Assembly (NCBI GenBank): GCA_963736005.1
Contig: CAVTNB010000001.1
Location: 1,184,001 to 1,248,000, forward strand
Length of the DNA: 64,000 bases
From: an uncultured Pseudomonadota bacterium
Lineage (GTDB): Bacteria > Vulcanimicrobiota > Vulcanimicrobiia > Eremiobacterales > Eremiobacteraceae
Reading direction: 5' to 3'
The position numbers were made by a program, and so were the translations under genes. Positions 9,673 through 19,930 of this stretch are shown piece after piece (position 1 is the first letter of the stretch; every line of letters starts with the position of its first letter). The notes below the pieces were generated by a model. It was not told the DNA's origin, did not search any database, and saw only the letters and a program-made list of their open reading frames with translations.

Positions 9673-10653
9673 GCGGGTAATCGCCGCAATATACCCCAGA
9701 TAGAACAGTCCGGCGATGGCAAAGGCGAGTGGCTCAACTCGCTTGCGTACCAGCATGGAAACAATCACGATGCCCACCGCGATCAGTGTTGCGCCGGCAG
9801 CGGCATAGGCGCTCGTTTGCAGCTGCCAGGGTGTCGCAAGCATGGCGATGGCGCACGTTATCGACGTTTGGAACATCATGGCGCCGATGACGTTGGCCAG
9901 CGCCAAACTATCTTCTCGTCGACCCATCCAGAGAATGACATTGCTTGCCTCAGGCAGCTCGGTCGCAATGGGGCTTAAGAACAATGACACGATAAACGGC
10001 ATGAGACCAAGCGCGGTTGCGGCAGCGCCGACGGTCACGACGAACCAGCGCGAGGCGAAGACCGTCACGCCAAGCGCGATAGCGAGTTGTAAAATAACCG
10101 CAGCGGTTGGCGGCTCTCGCAAAAAAGGCGCAAGGCGCAATCGAGGCGGCGATGGTTCGGATTCTAGCTGTTCGGAGCGCAGATGATAGAACAAGTAGAT
10201 CGCGTACGCCGCAAGGACGATGCACGCTGCGATCGCGTGCACCACAAAGCTGTGGACAAAGGACGCTGCCAAAGCCAGCGCAAACGTGGCAAAGAAAAGG
10301 CTGGCGCCGAATAGCGTCGGCTTCACTGGAACGACCAATGAGGAAGCCTGTGGGGTTTTTCTGCGCATGAGCGCGATCACTCCAATGAGACTGAAGACGA
10401 CTGTGCCCAGCATGAACGGCGCACCCAAGACCGCGCCAATCCCAATCTCTTGGCTGCGCGCATCCCGTAGGACGAGCAGCGCAACGATCGCAACAACGCT
10501 CTCGGGCAAAGAGGAGCCGATCGCGGCAATCACGGCCCCCGCCGCGCTGCGCGTCAAATTGAGCTTCACTCCCAGCCACTCGACTGCGTTGGTGAATGCG
10601 TCGCTCGCCACGAGGACGAGCACGAGTGTTGCTGCGAGCTGCACGACCAGCAC
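9661..10653 (-). CDS. Sodium:calcium antiporter (CaCA family)
   Basis: Alpha repeats AIGSSLPE and PIATELPE; ~10 TM helices. Start placed at GTG 10653. Confidence 0.88.
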   Translation of the reverse strand: MLVVQLAATLVLVLVASDAFTNAVEWLGVKLNLTRSAAGAVIAAIGSSLPESVVAIVALLVLRDARSQEIGIGAVLGAPFMLGTVVFSLIGVIALMRRKTPQASSLVVPVKPTLFGASLFFATFALALAASFVHSFVVHAIAACIVLAAYAIYLFYHLRSEQLESEPSPPRLRLAPFLREPPTAAVILQLAIALGVTVFASRWFVVTVGAAATALGLMPFIVSLFLSPIATELPEASNVILWMGRREDSLALANVIGAMMFQTSITCAIAMLATPWQLQTSAYAAAGATLIAVGIVIVSMLVRKRVEPLAFAIAGLFYLGYIAAITRLLH

Positions 10654-10701
10654 GGGCCGGGCTTTATCGCTCTTCCAGGGCTTCCCTTTGGGGCATTTGA
10701 C

Positions 10702-11835
10702 GTGCATATCGCCGTAGACGCGGCGAATCTGCTCCACGACCGGCGCGGCATTGGCCGCTACGCGCGCGCCTTGTTGCGTCGTTTTTGCGCACCCAGCGCT
10801 GATGACGTGCACGTGACCTTGCTGTTGCCGCACCTCTGGCCGTCACTCGTGCGCGGCCGGCTGGCCGACATGCTTGGCGTCCGCCAGGTTGAGGTGTGCA
10901 AACGCCGCGATGTTGTTAGTTTGGATCCCGACCTCGTTTGGTACCCTTGGAGTGGGATGACGTGGGTGTCACCGCTGCCGAGTATTGCGACCGTTCATGA
11001 CGTCTATCCGTTTGCTGCTCCCGCTGAAGACATGCGTAAACGGCGCAATGAGCAGATTCCCTTTCGGACGACTGCTTCGCATGCGAGCGTCATCATCACC
11101 GATTCGAATTTCTCCAAGAGCGAAATTACAAGACATCTCCTCGTACACCCAGAGCAGGTGCGCGTCGTCCACTTGGGTGTCGATGCCGAATTGCAGAGCG
11201 GACCTAAAGGTCCGCTGCTACAGGGCTCAATGTTGTTGGAGGGTGCGTCGCGCTACGTCTTGTTCGTCGGGGAAAGCGAGCAACGCAAGGATCTGGCGAC
11301 GTTACAGGCGGCCATGCACCTGCTGCCGGACGCGCTTCGAATGACGACGGGCCTCGTCATCGCAGGCAAGCCGGGCCGCGCGCTCGCTGCACGCGGGCGA
11401 TTGGATTCCGGAAGGCATCAAGGCAGGCAGGTGCGCGTGTTGCGCTTCGAGCGCGCCGAATCCATACCAACACTTGTGACCGGCGAAGTCAGTGATACGC
11501 TGTTGCAACAGCTCTATGCGGGTGCGGCAGCGTTCGCGTTCCCATCGCGTTACGAAGGATTTGGTCTGCCGGTCCTTGAGGCGATGGCCCAGGGCATTCC
11601 TGTGGTGGCGTCGGACGCCGCGAGCGTGCCCGAAGTCGCGGGCGACGCGGCCCTCTACTTTGCGCCGGGCGACTCGGGCGGCTTAGCAGGGGCGCTGACG
11701 CGCGTCATCTCAGACCATGCGCTCGCCGCGCAGTTGCGAGCTGGAGGTCTTGCGCGCGCAGCAATCATGACGTGGGACCGCTGCGCCGCTGAAACGTTGG
11801 CGATCTTTCGGGAGGTCGTGGGCCGGCAACCATAA
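10702..11835 (+). CDS. GT4 glycosyltransferase (mannosyltransferase-like), containing an in-frame REP
   Basis: RGIGRYA, TVHDV, FPSRYEGFGLPVLEAMAQG. Confidence 0.9.
   Translation: MHIAVDAANLLHDRRGIGRYARALLRRFCAPSADDVHVTLLLPHLWPSLVRGRLADMLGVRQVEVCKRRDVVSLDPDLVWYPWSGMTWVSPLPSIATVHDVYPFAAPAEDMRKRRNEQIPFRTTASHASVIITDSNFSKSEITRHLLVHPEQVRVVHLGVDAELQSGPKGPLLQGSMLLEGASRYVLFVGESEQRKDLATLQAAMHLLPDALRMTTGLVIAGKPGRALAARGRLDSGRHQGRQVRVLRFERAESIPTLVTGEVSDTLLQQLYAGAAAFAFPSRYEGFGLPVLEAMAQGIPVVASDAASVPEVAGDAALYFAPGDSGGLAGALTRVISDHALAAQLRAGGLARAAIMTWDRCAAETLAIFREVVGRQP
11196..11222 (-). repeat. REP family A copy inside a CDS
   Basis: GAGCGGACCTAAAGGTCCGCTGCTACA, translated as SGPKGPLLQ. Confidence 0.85.
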
Positions 11836-11867
11836 ACGACGCGCCAACAAATTCGCGCGAACGACAG

Positions 11868-12482
11868 TTAGACTTCGAGGTTTTGACCGAGTCGCAGCTG
11901 ACGAATCATGTCTTGGCCGCGAACGGGCGTCAAGAGCGCAGCCATGACGGCTCCGCAGATGACCCCGCCAATGTGTGCCGCATTGGAGATGTTCGGGTTG
12001 AAAAACCCGTACCCGAGCGTCAAGATAATTGGCACGATCGCAGCCTGGGCCAACTCACGCCGCAAGGGCGGGAGCTTGATCGCAAGAATGCCCATGGCGC
12101 CGAACACGCCCATAATAGCACCCGAGGCGCCAGCTGTGACGTCGTTGGTACCGATGGTGTAGAAATACGCAGCGATACCGCCACCGATGAGAGCCACAGT
12201 GTAAATCATCGCATAGCGCGACGAACCGTAGACATATTCCACGAACACGCCCGCTTGGAAAAGCGCGTACGAGTTGAACAAGATGTGGACAATATTAAAG
12301 TGCAAGAAACCATAAGTAATGAGGCGCCACCACTGGCCCTGCAAGACCAACGTTGGAATGATCGCGCCCCCAGCCATAAACTGTCCAATGGCTGCCCCGT
12401 GTGCGGACAACCTATCCAACAAGAAGACCATCCAAAAGATAAAAAGCATGGCCGTGGTGAACGGCGCGCCGCGGGGATTCAC
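11868..12482 (-). CDS. Rhomboid intramembrane serine protease
   Basis: WWRLITYGFLH, HILFN, GASG, AHIGG. Confidence 0.93.
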   Translation of the reverse strand: MNPRGAPFTTAMLFIFWMVFLLDRLSAHGAAIGQFMAGGAIIPTLVLQGQWWRLITYGFLHFNIVHILFNSYALFQAGVFVEYVYGSSRYAMIYTVALIGGGIAAYFYTIGTNDVTAGASGAIMGVFGAMGILAIKLPPLRRELAQAAIVPIILTLGYGFFNPNISNAAHIGGVICGAVMAALLTPVRGQDMIRQLRLGQNLEV

Positions 12483-12487
12483 GATCC

Positions 12488-12514
12488 GAGCGGACCTGAA
12501 GGTCCGCTGCTACA
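12488..12514 (-). repeat. REP family A copy
   Basis: GAGCGGACC-TGAA-GGTCCGCT-GCTACA. Confidence 0.85.
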
Positions 12515-12519
12515 TTGAT

Positions 12520-13473
12520 TCATGATGCGAGCGCCTCTTTGATGCCGGCGCAGAGAAGCGGGATCATGATCTCGTGGTGCCCCGTGAACATGTACCCCTT
12601 GCCACCGTCGAGGTGAGGGCGGGTGACCACGTTGGTTCGTGGACGATAATGGCGAATGAAATCGAAATCTGCCGTCACGAACTGCCCCCGATATCCGAGG
12701 TTGCGCGCCACGGAGAGTGCTTTAAGAAAGGTTTCCGGCATGATAACGCTTGAGCCGAAGTTGAGATAGACGCCGCCGTCTGTCAGTCCTGCAACGGCGT
12801 CGCTAAAAAGGCGAAAATCGAGCAGCGTAGCTGCGCCGAGTGCGGCGCCATCCGCTTGCGGATGCATGTGGACGATGTCGGTGCCAATGGCCACATGAAC
12901 GGTCACCGGCACGTCCAGTACGGCACCTTGCGCGAGAATAGAGACGCTGGCATTCGCGCCAGTGCGCCGCACGAGCGCGAGCCCAAGTGCCCGACCTAAT
13001 CCAACCTTCGGACCCTCGCTGTTGATCGCACCCAAAATGAAGTCTGCCGTGTCGCCTGACATACCGAATGAGCCGTCGCGCAACGCCTCATCCACATCTT
13101 CCGAGGTTTTGCCTGCCAGTGCAAGTTCAACGTCGTGAATGCAAATAGAACCGTTGCCCGCAACCGCATTGATGACGCCAGATTTCATCAAATCGATGAT
13201 CACCGGCGCCAATCCTGTCTTGATGACATGCCCACCGATGCCGATCGCGATCACTTTCCCGGCGCGATGGGCCGTCACGATGTCGTTGACGAGCGCGCGA
13301 AGGTCGCGGGCTGCTAAAATATCTGGCAAGCCGCGCCAAAAAGCCGCAAATGAATCGCCAGCATGCGCAGGAATTCCAAGCGCGTCAGCGCTGACTTTCG
13401 AAGGGCGCGCTGACAACGCCGTGAGTCGCAGTTTGGACAGGTCGAGCGCAGGGATTCGCGGCTTAGGACTCAA
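12520..13473 (-). CDS. Deoxyhypusine-synthase-like fold protein, function unknown
   Basis: GGHVIKTG, HDVELAL, GTDIVH, GSSVIMPETFLKA, GHHEIMIPLL. Confidence 0.6.
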   Translation of the reverse strand: MSPKPRIPALDLSKLRLTALSARPSKVSADALGIPAHAGDSFAAFWRGLPDILAARDLRALVNDIVTAHRAGKVIAIGIGGHVIKTGLAPVIIDLMKSGVINAVAGNGSICIHDVELALAGKTSEDVDEALRDGSFGMSGDTADFILGAINSEGPKVGLGRALGLALVRRTGANASVSILAQGAVLDVPVTVHVAIGTDIVHMHPQADGAALGAATLLDFRLFSDAVAGLTDGGVYLNFGSSVIMPETFLKALSVARNLGYRGQFVTADFDFIRHYRPRTNVVTRPHLDGGKGYMFTGHHEIMIPLLCAGIKEALAS

Positions 13474-13504
13474 CGGCTGAGAGCCTCCTTGTCGATCGTG
13501 GGAG

Positions 13505-13532
13505 TGGGGCGATTTTCCAATCGTCCCCTACA
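13505..13532 (-). repeat. REP family C copy (supplies the TAG stop of the upstream GT4 gene)
   Basis: TGGGGCGATT-TTCC-AATCGTCCC-CTACA. Confidence 0.85.
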
Positions 13533-14613
13533 GATCCCGGAGATACGCCTCGATAAGCGCTTCGAACTTCGCCCGAAACGCTTCCGGTGAAAATTTCTGG
13601 GCGTGCATGCGCAAGTGCTGCTGGTCGAAATGCGCTCCATCCAGCGCTTGCAAGGCTTGTGCCAAAGCACGAGCATTCGGTTCGCGAAAGAACAACCCAG
13701 TCTCGCCTTCCACGACCGTTTCGAGCGCCCCTCCGGCTGCAAATGCAACCGTCGGACGACCCGCGGCCGCTGCCTCGAGCGGCACGAGTCCGAAATCTTC
13801 AATGCCCGGTACGATGAGCGCCTTTGCGCCGCCGATGAGACGGCGGCGCGTGACGTCATCAACAAACCCCACGAAGTCAATCGTCGGACCCGCAATGCTG
13901 CGAAGCCGACGCTCGTCTGGCCCACGACCTGCGACGAAAAGTTTTGCGGACAAGAGATTGCAGGCTTCAATCGCAAGCTGAACGCGTTTGTACGGCAACA
14001 GGCGGCTCATCACGACATAGTAATCGCCGGGCGGATCGGCAACGTTGAATCCGCCGACGTCTGCTGGACAGTGCACGACGTCGCTTTTCCTGCCGTAGAT
14101 AGCCGCGATGCGTTCTTGGACATTGTGCGAGTTTGCGATCAAATGATGAGGCCGCTGCGCCGCTGCCCAATCCCAGCGCCGCAGCCAGGGCCGAACGGCT
14201 GCAAGCGCTGGTCGAAAGAGGGCGGGCGTTACCTCGCGCTCGTACTCTTGCGGATACCAAAGAAAGCGGGTCGGCGTGTTGATGTAGCAGACGTGCAAGG
14301 TTCGATCCGGCACCCGTATGCCTTTGGCAAACGAGGTCGTTGAGGAAATGACAAGGTCGAACCCGCGCAGATCGAGTGATTCAAATGCGCGCGGATAGAG
14401 CGGCAACAGTGCCCGAAAATTGTGGACAGCGCCTGGCATCCGCTGGAGAAAGCTCGTTCGCACTTCGATGTCGTGAAATGCGCCGCCGAACGCCGCGGGA
14501 TCGTAGAGCGAGGTATACACGGGGGCTGCCGGATACATCTTTTGCATCTCGAGCAGAACCCGCTCCGCCCCGCCGAACTGCGTTAAGTAGTCGTGGACGA
14601 AGGCCACGCGCAC
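13528..14613 (-). CDS. GT4 glycosyltransferase (WbaZ-like)
   Basis: VAFVHDYLTQFGGAERVL, SRLLPYKR, EDFGLVPLEA. Start at GTG 14613. Confidence 0.92.
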   Translation of the reverse strand: MRVAFVHDYLTQFGGAERVLLEMQKMYPAAPVYTSLYDPAAFGGAFHDIEVRTSFLQRMPGAVHNFRALLPLYPRAFESLDLRGFDLVISSTTSFAKGIRVPDRTLHVCYINTPTRFLWYPQEYEREVTPALFRPALAAVRPWLRRWDWAAAQRPHHLIANSHNVQERIAAIYGRKSDVVHCPADVGGFNVADPPGDYYVVMSRLLPYKRVQLAIEACNLLSAKLFVAGRGPDERRLRSIAGPTIDFVGFVDDVTRRRLIGGAKALIVPGIEDFGLVPLEAAAAGRPTVAFAAGGALETVVEGETGLFFREPNARALAQALQALDGAHFDQQHLRMHAQKFSPEAFRAKFEALIEAYLRDL

Positions 14614-14623
14614 GGAAGAGGTA

Positions 14624-15934
14624 CTATTGGGCTTGCGCGGGCAAAACGATGGCGATCGTCTCTTTGGTGAAGTAGTGCCGCGCCACTCGTTGAATGTCAC
14701 TTGCTTTGACGGCGAGGATTCGCTGAGGAATCAGGTTTTCAAATGCCAGACCCTCTGGCGATCCAACGGATCGGCCTAAGAGCCAAGCCTGCTCGCTCAA
14801 CGTTGTGGCGCCGAGGTAGTAGTCGCCAAGCGCGCTGCGCTTGGCCTCGTCGATCATTGGCGCAGCAAGCGTTGCTCCTCGCAGCCGCGCGATCCCCGTT
14901 TCAAGGTCGCGCACGGATTGATCGAGGTTCGCTGTGTCGCCGCCCAGGAAGACGATCATGCTACCGGGCGTCACCTCATATTGATAGAACGCGCCCACAT
15001 AGTCATCCGGCACGGGCGCAGCTGACGAGAAGGCAAAAGAGTGCACATCGCCCGCTCCTCCCAGTAGTGCTTCAATAACGAGCATCGTTGCAAAGTCTGA
15101 AGAGTACTGGTCAGGAGCTTGGTACGCTACCGCGATCCAAGGAGCTGGCACGCTGCGGTGCGCAACGACTTGGTGCATTCGGTCGACTTGCTTGGGGGCG
15201 GGCGCCATGTTGGCAGCCCCGGCTGAAAAACTCCCAAACTCTCGTGCCGCTGCGTCGAGCGCTGCCTGGTTGACGGCCCCCTCGAGAGCAACCACCGTTC
15301 CACTCCCACGGCGATAGGAAGTGGCGAACGTTCCGACGTCTGCGCGCGACAGGCGCGCGAGCGTTAATGCGCTGCCTTGATCGGGCAAGGCAAAGCCATT
15401 CCCGCTGTAGTTGACTTGGCGCACCATCGCGTAGGCCACTTCGATAGGATTTTGCGTCATTGACTGTGCGGCATCCAGCGTCTTGGTTCGTTGGACCTCG
15501 ATGCCTGACACATCGGGGCTCGAGACAGCCATGCGAAAGTCATGCAGCAAGCGCGGAAAGTCGGCGTCGCGGCATTCGAGGTAAAAACGCGTATCGAGCG
15601 GATCGAGTGTGTACGAAATCGAGCCACCTGCGTTCGTCACCGCGTCAAGCAGCGTCGTCGAGCCTTCTACAGGAGTCCCAAGGACGAGCGCTGCGGCAAT
15701 GGCGGCGACCCCGGCTTTGTCCGTGGCTTGCTGGGCCAGACCGGCGGGCAAGAAAATTTGCGCACCAATGAGCGGCATATCATTCGAGGGTTGACTTGCA
15801 ATGACAACGCCATTGGGCAGTTTTTGCTCGGTCGCGGGGGAAAAAGAGCGAACGATGGTGTTGGGAGCCTGCGCGGCGCCGAGCAACACGATGGCAGCCG
15901 AGGCCACGATAATCGCCCCTAGAGTATTCTTCAT
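14624..15934 (-). CDS. Exported M16 (pitrilysin) family protein lacking HXXEH
   Basis: Signal peptide MKNTLGAIIVASAAIVLLGAAQA. LPNG start motif; GVAAIAAAL replaces HXXEH; C-terminal I..V...DIQRVARHYF. Confidence 0.75.
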   Translation of the reverse strand: MKNTLGAIIVASAAIVLLGAAQAPNTIVRSFSPATEQKLPNGVVIASQPSNDMPLIGAQIFLPAGLAQQATDKAGVAAIAAALVLGTPVEGSTTLLDAVTNAGGSISYTLDPLDTRFYLECRDADFPRLLHDFRMAVSSPDVSGIEVQRTKTLDAAQSMTQNPIEVAYAMVRQVNYSGNGFALPDQGSALTLARLSRADVGTFATSYRRGSGTVVALEGAVNQAALDAAAREFGSFSAGAANMAPAPKQVDRMHQVVAHRSVPAPWIAVAYQAPDQYSSDFATMLVIEALLGGAGDVHSFAFSSAAPVPDDYVGAFYQYEVTPGSMIVFLGGDTANLDQSVRDLETGIARLRGATLAAPMIDEAKRSALGDYYLGATTLSEQAWLLGRSVGSPEGLAFENLIPQRILAVKASDIQRVARHYFTKETIAIVLPAQAQ

Positions 15935-17343
15935 TTGCTGCTCCGTGGAAGCACGACGATGGTGGGATTAACGAGCACATACTTTTTGGCGATCGAGTAG
16001 ACGTAGTCCGGCGTCAACGACGATACCCTATCGAAATAATCGCCGGACAGCGCAACGTCGGTTGCGCTGGGACTATACGGTAACGCTCCTTGCGCGAAAT
16101 ACCAGCCATAGTTGTCCGCCAGCGCTTCGTCGGTTTGCATGTCGCGCAGCAGATGCGTTACAAAGGCATCGCGCGCTCGCGCGAAGTCGGATTTTGAAAA
16201 CTCATGGCCGACCGCGCTTTGCATCGCACTACGGATGATACCTGGAAGCGTTGCCGGGTCGACCTGTTGACCCGACACGGTGAGGTAGAAAACCCCGGGA
16301 TTGCGCAGCGTGATAAATTGGCCGTTGAAATCTGCCGCGCTGTCAACGGCTGCGATCGTCTTGACGAGCGTTCCATCGCCTTCGTGCGCGAGGTAATCGG
16401 AGAGAAAATCCATGGCCGTTGCTGCCCGCTCGTCTTCAATCGGGGGGCCAATCCAGCCGAGGGCGACGCCGTTCACGGCTGTCTGATCGCTTCGAATCCC
16501 AAATGGGGCGCCCGACGGTGCGGTTTGGGAATTGGGCATTGGTTGCGCAGGGGCACCTGGGGTCGTCAATGGCGACACGTGCTTGAGCACGTCATGAGGA
16601 TCTTGATCGCCGGCCACCACCACGAACTCGCTCTCCGGCACGTAGGCTCGGCCGAGGAATTTCGTGACGTCCGCCAAGGTCATGTCCTTCAGGTTCTTCG
16701 GGTAACCGTACGTGGAATCGCGCAGTGGTCCGCTGGCGAACAACTGCGTAAAGAGCGCATCGCGTAATTGCTGATCCACGACTCCCCCGGCAGCAACTTG
16801 GCCTGCAGCGAGTCGGGTGCGAGCCGAATCAAATGCGGCTTGATCGACATAGGGTCGCGCGGTTGTTGCACTCAGTTTATCGAGGAGCGCAGGCGCGGCG
16901 TACGAGGGAGCGAGGATTGCGATCTCGGTTGATTCGTAGTAGACGGAGACGGCAATCTGGCCTCCCGCGATGCGCGTGGCGTCACGCAGCGAAAGGCTTG
17001 TTGCCGACTTCTCGTCGAGCAGCGCCAGGGCAGCCAGCCGGGCTATGCCAGGGCGGGACGAATCGTAGTCGTTCGAGGGGCAACGAATCCAAACTTCCAG
17101 GGCGACGACCGGCGCGGCACCTGCCTTACGGGCAACTATCGTGAGACCGTTGGGAAACTGTTGAGTCAGCGTTGGGGTGCCAAGCGATGGGGTGGCGCCG
17201 GCAGTCGGGGCCGTGGCGATTTGCGAGGCTTGGGCGACTTTACAGTCGCCCACTACGAGACAAGCGCGGAAGCGAGTGAAGCGGGAGAGCGAGCGAAAAA
17301 AAGCGCGGCGAGTGCGCCGCGCGCTTTGGACGGTTGCTGGCAA
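15931..17343 (-). CDS. M16 (pitrilysin) family protein lacking HXXEH
   Basis: FPNGLTIV..PVVALEVWIR..PGIARLAAL; C-terminal VSSLTPDYVYSIAKKY. N-terminus uncertain. Confidence 0.75.
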   Translation of the reverse strand: MPATVQSARRTRRAFFRSLSRFTRFRACLVVGDCKVAQASQIATAPTAGATPSLGTPTLTQQFPNGLTIVARKAGAAPVVALEVWIRCPSNDYDSSRPGIARLAALALLDEKSATSLSLRDATRIAGGQIAVSVYYESTEIAILAPSYAAPALLDKLSATTARPYVDQAAFDSARTRLAAGQVAAGGVVDQQLRDALFTQLFASGPLRDSTYGYPKNLKDMTLADVTKFLGRAYVPESEFVVVAGDQDPHDVLKHVSPLTTPGAPAQPMPNSQTAPSGAPFGIRSDQTAVNGVALGWIGPPIEDERAATAMDFLSDYLAHEGDGTLVKTIAAVDSAADFNGQFITLRNPGVFYLTVSGQQVDPATLPGIIRSAMQSAVGHEFSKSDFARARDAFVTHLLRDMQTDEALADNYGWYFAQGALPYSPSATDVALSGDYFDRVSSLTPDYVYSIAKKYVLVNPTIVVLPRSSK

Positions 17344-17355
17344 TGCTTCATCGCG

Positions 17356-19296
17356 TTATGCAGGTTCCGGTGGCGGGAAGGGAAGCACCGAGGGCGTGAC
17401 TCTTGGCTTCTCTTCCTTGGGTGCGCTCGTTGCCGCGGCCGCTCGATCGGGCACGACTTCTTCCGGTGCAGCCGGCTTCGGCGACGGCTGGGGACTGTCG
17501 GAAAGCAGACGGTCGACTTCATCCGCTTCGACAGTTTCCTTCTCGAGCAAAGCTTCCGCCAAACGGTGCAGCTTGTCGATGTTGGTTTCGAGCAAATGGT
17601 AGGCGTTAGCGTAGCACGTGTCGATGATCGTCCGCACCTCGGTATCGATTTGACTTGCAACTTCTTCTGAATAGTTGCGCTCTTCAACGATGTCGCGGCC
17701 CAAGAAGACTTGTTCGTGCTTTTTGCCAAGCGCGATCGGCCCGATTTTTGGACTCATGCCGAATTCCATAACCATCTTGCGGGCCAGCGTGGTTGCCTTT
17801 TGCAAGTCGTCATGGGCACCGGTCGTGTTCTCTTGAAAGATCAGCTCTTCAGCAGCGCGCGCACCGAGCAACACCATGATGCGGTCGACGATTTCGGCTT
17901 TGGTCATGAGGTAGCGGTCTTCGGTGGGCAGCTGCATGGTGATGCCGAGCGCCATACCACGCGGAATAATCGTCACCTTGTGCAAAGGATCGGCGTTGGG
18001 CAGAAGCTTCGCCGTCAAGGCGTGGCCACTTTCGTGGTAAGCGACGAGTTCTTTCTCTCGCTGGCTCATGATGCGGCTCTTGCGCTCTGGACCGGCAATG
18101 ACTCGATCGATAGCTTCTTCGCAGTCTTTCATATCGATCTGTGTCTTATCTCCGCGCGCGGCAAGCAAGGCTGCCTCGTTGAGCAAGTTTTCGAGATCGG
18201 CGCCTGAGAAGCCGGGGGTCCGACGCGCGAGCACCTCAAGCCGTACGTCCGGCGCGAGTGGTTTGTTGCGCGCATGCACCGCGAGGATCTGCGCCCGTCC
18301 GACGACGTCCGCTCGATCGACGACCACTTGACGGTCAAAACGACCAGGCCGCAACAGCGCTGGGTCGAGGACGTCGGGCCGGTTGGTTGCAGCGATCAAG
18401 ATAACGCCGGTGTTGGCTTCGAAGCCATCCATTTCAACGAGCAGCTGATTGAGGGTCTGTTCGCGCTCGTCGTGTCCGCCGCCCAAGCCTGCTCCGCGCT
18501 GACGCCCGACGGCGTCGATTTCATCGATGAAGATAATGCATGGTGCGCTCTTTTTGGCTTGCTCGAAAAGATCGCGCACGCGCGATGCGCCAACACCCAC
18601 GAACATTTCCACGAAATCCGAACCGGAGATGCTAAAGAACGGCACGCCCGCTTCGCCGGCGATAGCGCGCGCGAGCAGGGTCTTTCCGCTCCCAGGCGGA
18701 CCAAGCAGCAGCAGACCTTTTGGTATCCGCGCGCCCAATTGTTGAAACTTCTTGGGGTATTTGAGAAACTCGACAACCTCGCTCAGTTCCTGTTTGGCCT
18801 CGTCGACGCCGGCGACGTCCGCAAATGTGACCTTCGGCCGATTTTCCGTCAGCAGCTTCGCACGGCTGCGCCCAAACGAGAGTGCCTGACTACCTCCGGC
18901 TTGGAGGTTGCGAGCGATGACAAAAAAGAGAATGATAGCAAGGGCAATTGGGGCGACGAAGACGAGCAGCGTCGTCGAAATCCCGTTGGTGTTGGGCGGG
19001 TTTTCGGCGCCAACCGTAATGTTGTGCGAGTGGAGGAGGTTGGTGAGGTCCCTATTGGATCCAAAAGGAATCTGCACGACCTCTTGATGGTCGCCCACGA
19101 GTTTGACGGTTGCGGAGGTTTGGCCGACGTCGACCTCGCTGATCGACTCCGGCATCTTGTCGATACGATTGAGGAGATCGCTATAGGACGGCGGCTTCGG
19201 GACCTGGACCTGTCGCTGGTAGTAGCTATACCCAAAGAGGAAGATGAGGGCCACGGCGACCACCCAGAACAACCATCGAAGAACTTTGGCGACCAA
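17356..19296 (-). CDS. ftsH: ATP-dependent zinc metalloprotease FtsH
   Basis: Two TM helices, [18 protein letters not shown] motif, HESGH. Confidence 0.98.
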   Translation of the reverse strand: MVAKVLRWLFWVVAVALIFLFGYSYYQRQVQVPKPPSYSDLLNRIDKMPESISEVDVGQTSATVKLVGDHQEVVQIPFGSNRDLTNLLHSHNITVGAENPPNTNGISTTLLVFVAPIALAIILFFVIARNLQAGGSQALSFGRSRAKLLTENRPKVTFADVAGVDEAKQELSEVVEFLKYPKKFQQLGARIPKGLLLLGPPGSGKTLLARAIAGEAGVPFFSISGSDFVEMFVGVGASRVRDLFEQAKKSAPCIIFIDEIDAVGRQRGAGLGGGHDEREQTLNQLLVEMDGFEANTGVILIAATNRPDVLDPALLRPGRFDRQVVVDRADVVGRAQILAVHARNKPLAPDVRLEVLARRTPGFSGADLENLLNEAALLAARGDKTQIDMKDCEEAIDRVIAGPERKSRIMSQREKELVAYHESGHALTAKLLPNADPLHKVTIIPRGMALGITMQLPTEDRYLMTKAEIVDRIMVLLGARAAEELIFQENTTGAHDDLQKATTLARKMVMEFGMSPKIGPIALGKKHEQVFLGRDIVEERNYSEEVASQIDTEVRTIIDTCYANAYHLLETNIDKLHRLAEALLEKETVEADEVDRLLSDSPQPSPKPAAPEEVVPDRAAAATSAPKEEKPRVTPSVLPFPPPEPA

Positions 19297-19326
19297 ATGA
19301 GACTCCTTCGAGACGCGCGCGCGGTT

Positions 19327-19917
19327 TTAGCCGCTTGTCTTTTTGCCGTCCCCTATATCGTTACGCCCGAACCCGGCTTGTAGCTGTCTGATGTGTGGCA
19401 GATTGCGAAAATGTTCTTGAAAATCCAAACCGTAACCTACCAAGAAGCAGTCCCTTGGCGCGACGAGCCCGGCGAAATCTGGTTGCACGTCAACCGCACG
19501 ATGGAACGGTTTGTTGATAAGAGCGCACGATTGCACGCTTGCTGCGTTCCGGCTCTTCAAGTTGTTGAGGAGATAAGCAAGCGTGTAACCTTCATCTACA
19601 ATATCTTCAATGAGCAAGAGATGCTTGCCGGAGGGGCTTTGATCCAAATCTTTCAGGAGTCGAACGTCGGTGTTCGTCGTGCGCCCGGTCCCGTAAGAAC
19701 TAACGACCATGAAGTCAAGGGTCAGGGGGTAGTCTCCTAGCGCGCGGATCAAGTCCGCGGTGAAAGTCAGAGCACCTTTGAGGATACCGACGGCAACGAG
19801 CGGGCGTCCTTGGTTGCGCGCTCGGATTTCGTCGGCGACGCGCGCGACCGCATTCGCGATGTCGTCCACGCTGAAAATCACATCGCCCAACTCGACCTGG
19901 GTTACCAATTCCCTCAT
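19327..19917 (-). CDS. hpt: Hypoxanthine phosphoribosyltransferase
   Basis: GILKGA, SSYG, LIEDIVDEGYT, FLVGYGLD; located between tilS and ftsH. Confidence 0.95.
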   Translation of the reverse strand: MRELVTQVELGDVIFSVDDIANAVARVADEIRARNQGRPLVAVGILKGALTFTADLIRALGDYPLTLDFMVVSSYGTGRTTNTDVRLLKDLDQSPSGKHLLLIEDIVDEGYTLAYLLNNLKSRNAASVQSCALINKPFHRAVDVQPDFAGLVAPRDCFLVGYGLDFQEHFRNLPHIRQLQAGFGRNDIGDGKKTSG

Positions 19918-19930
19918 GTTATGCGCTCTC

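Noticed and set aside
18274..19383. Long antisense ORFs (369 aa here; also 33779-34867, 54183-55226, 58122-59171, 27606-28541)
   Set aside because: These are shadow frames of well-supported genes in GC-rich DNA and show no recognisable motifs.
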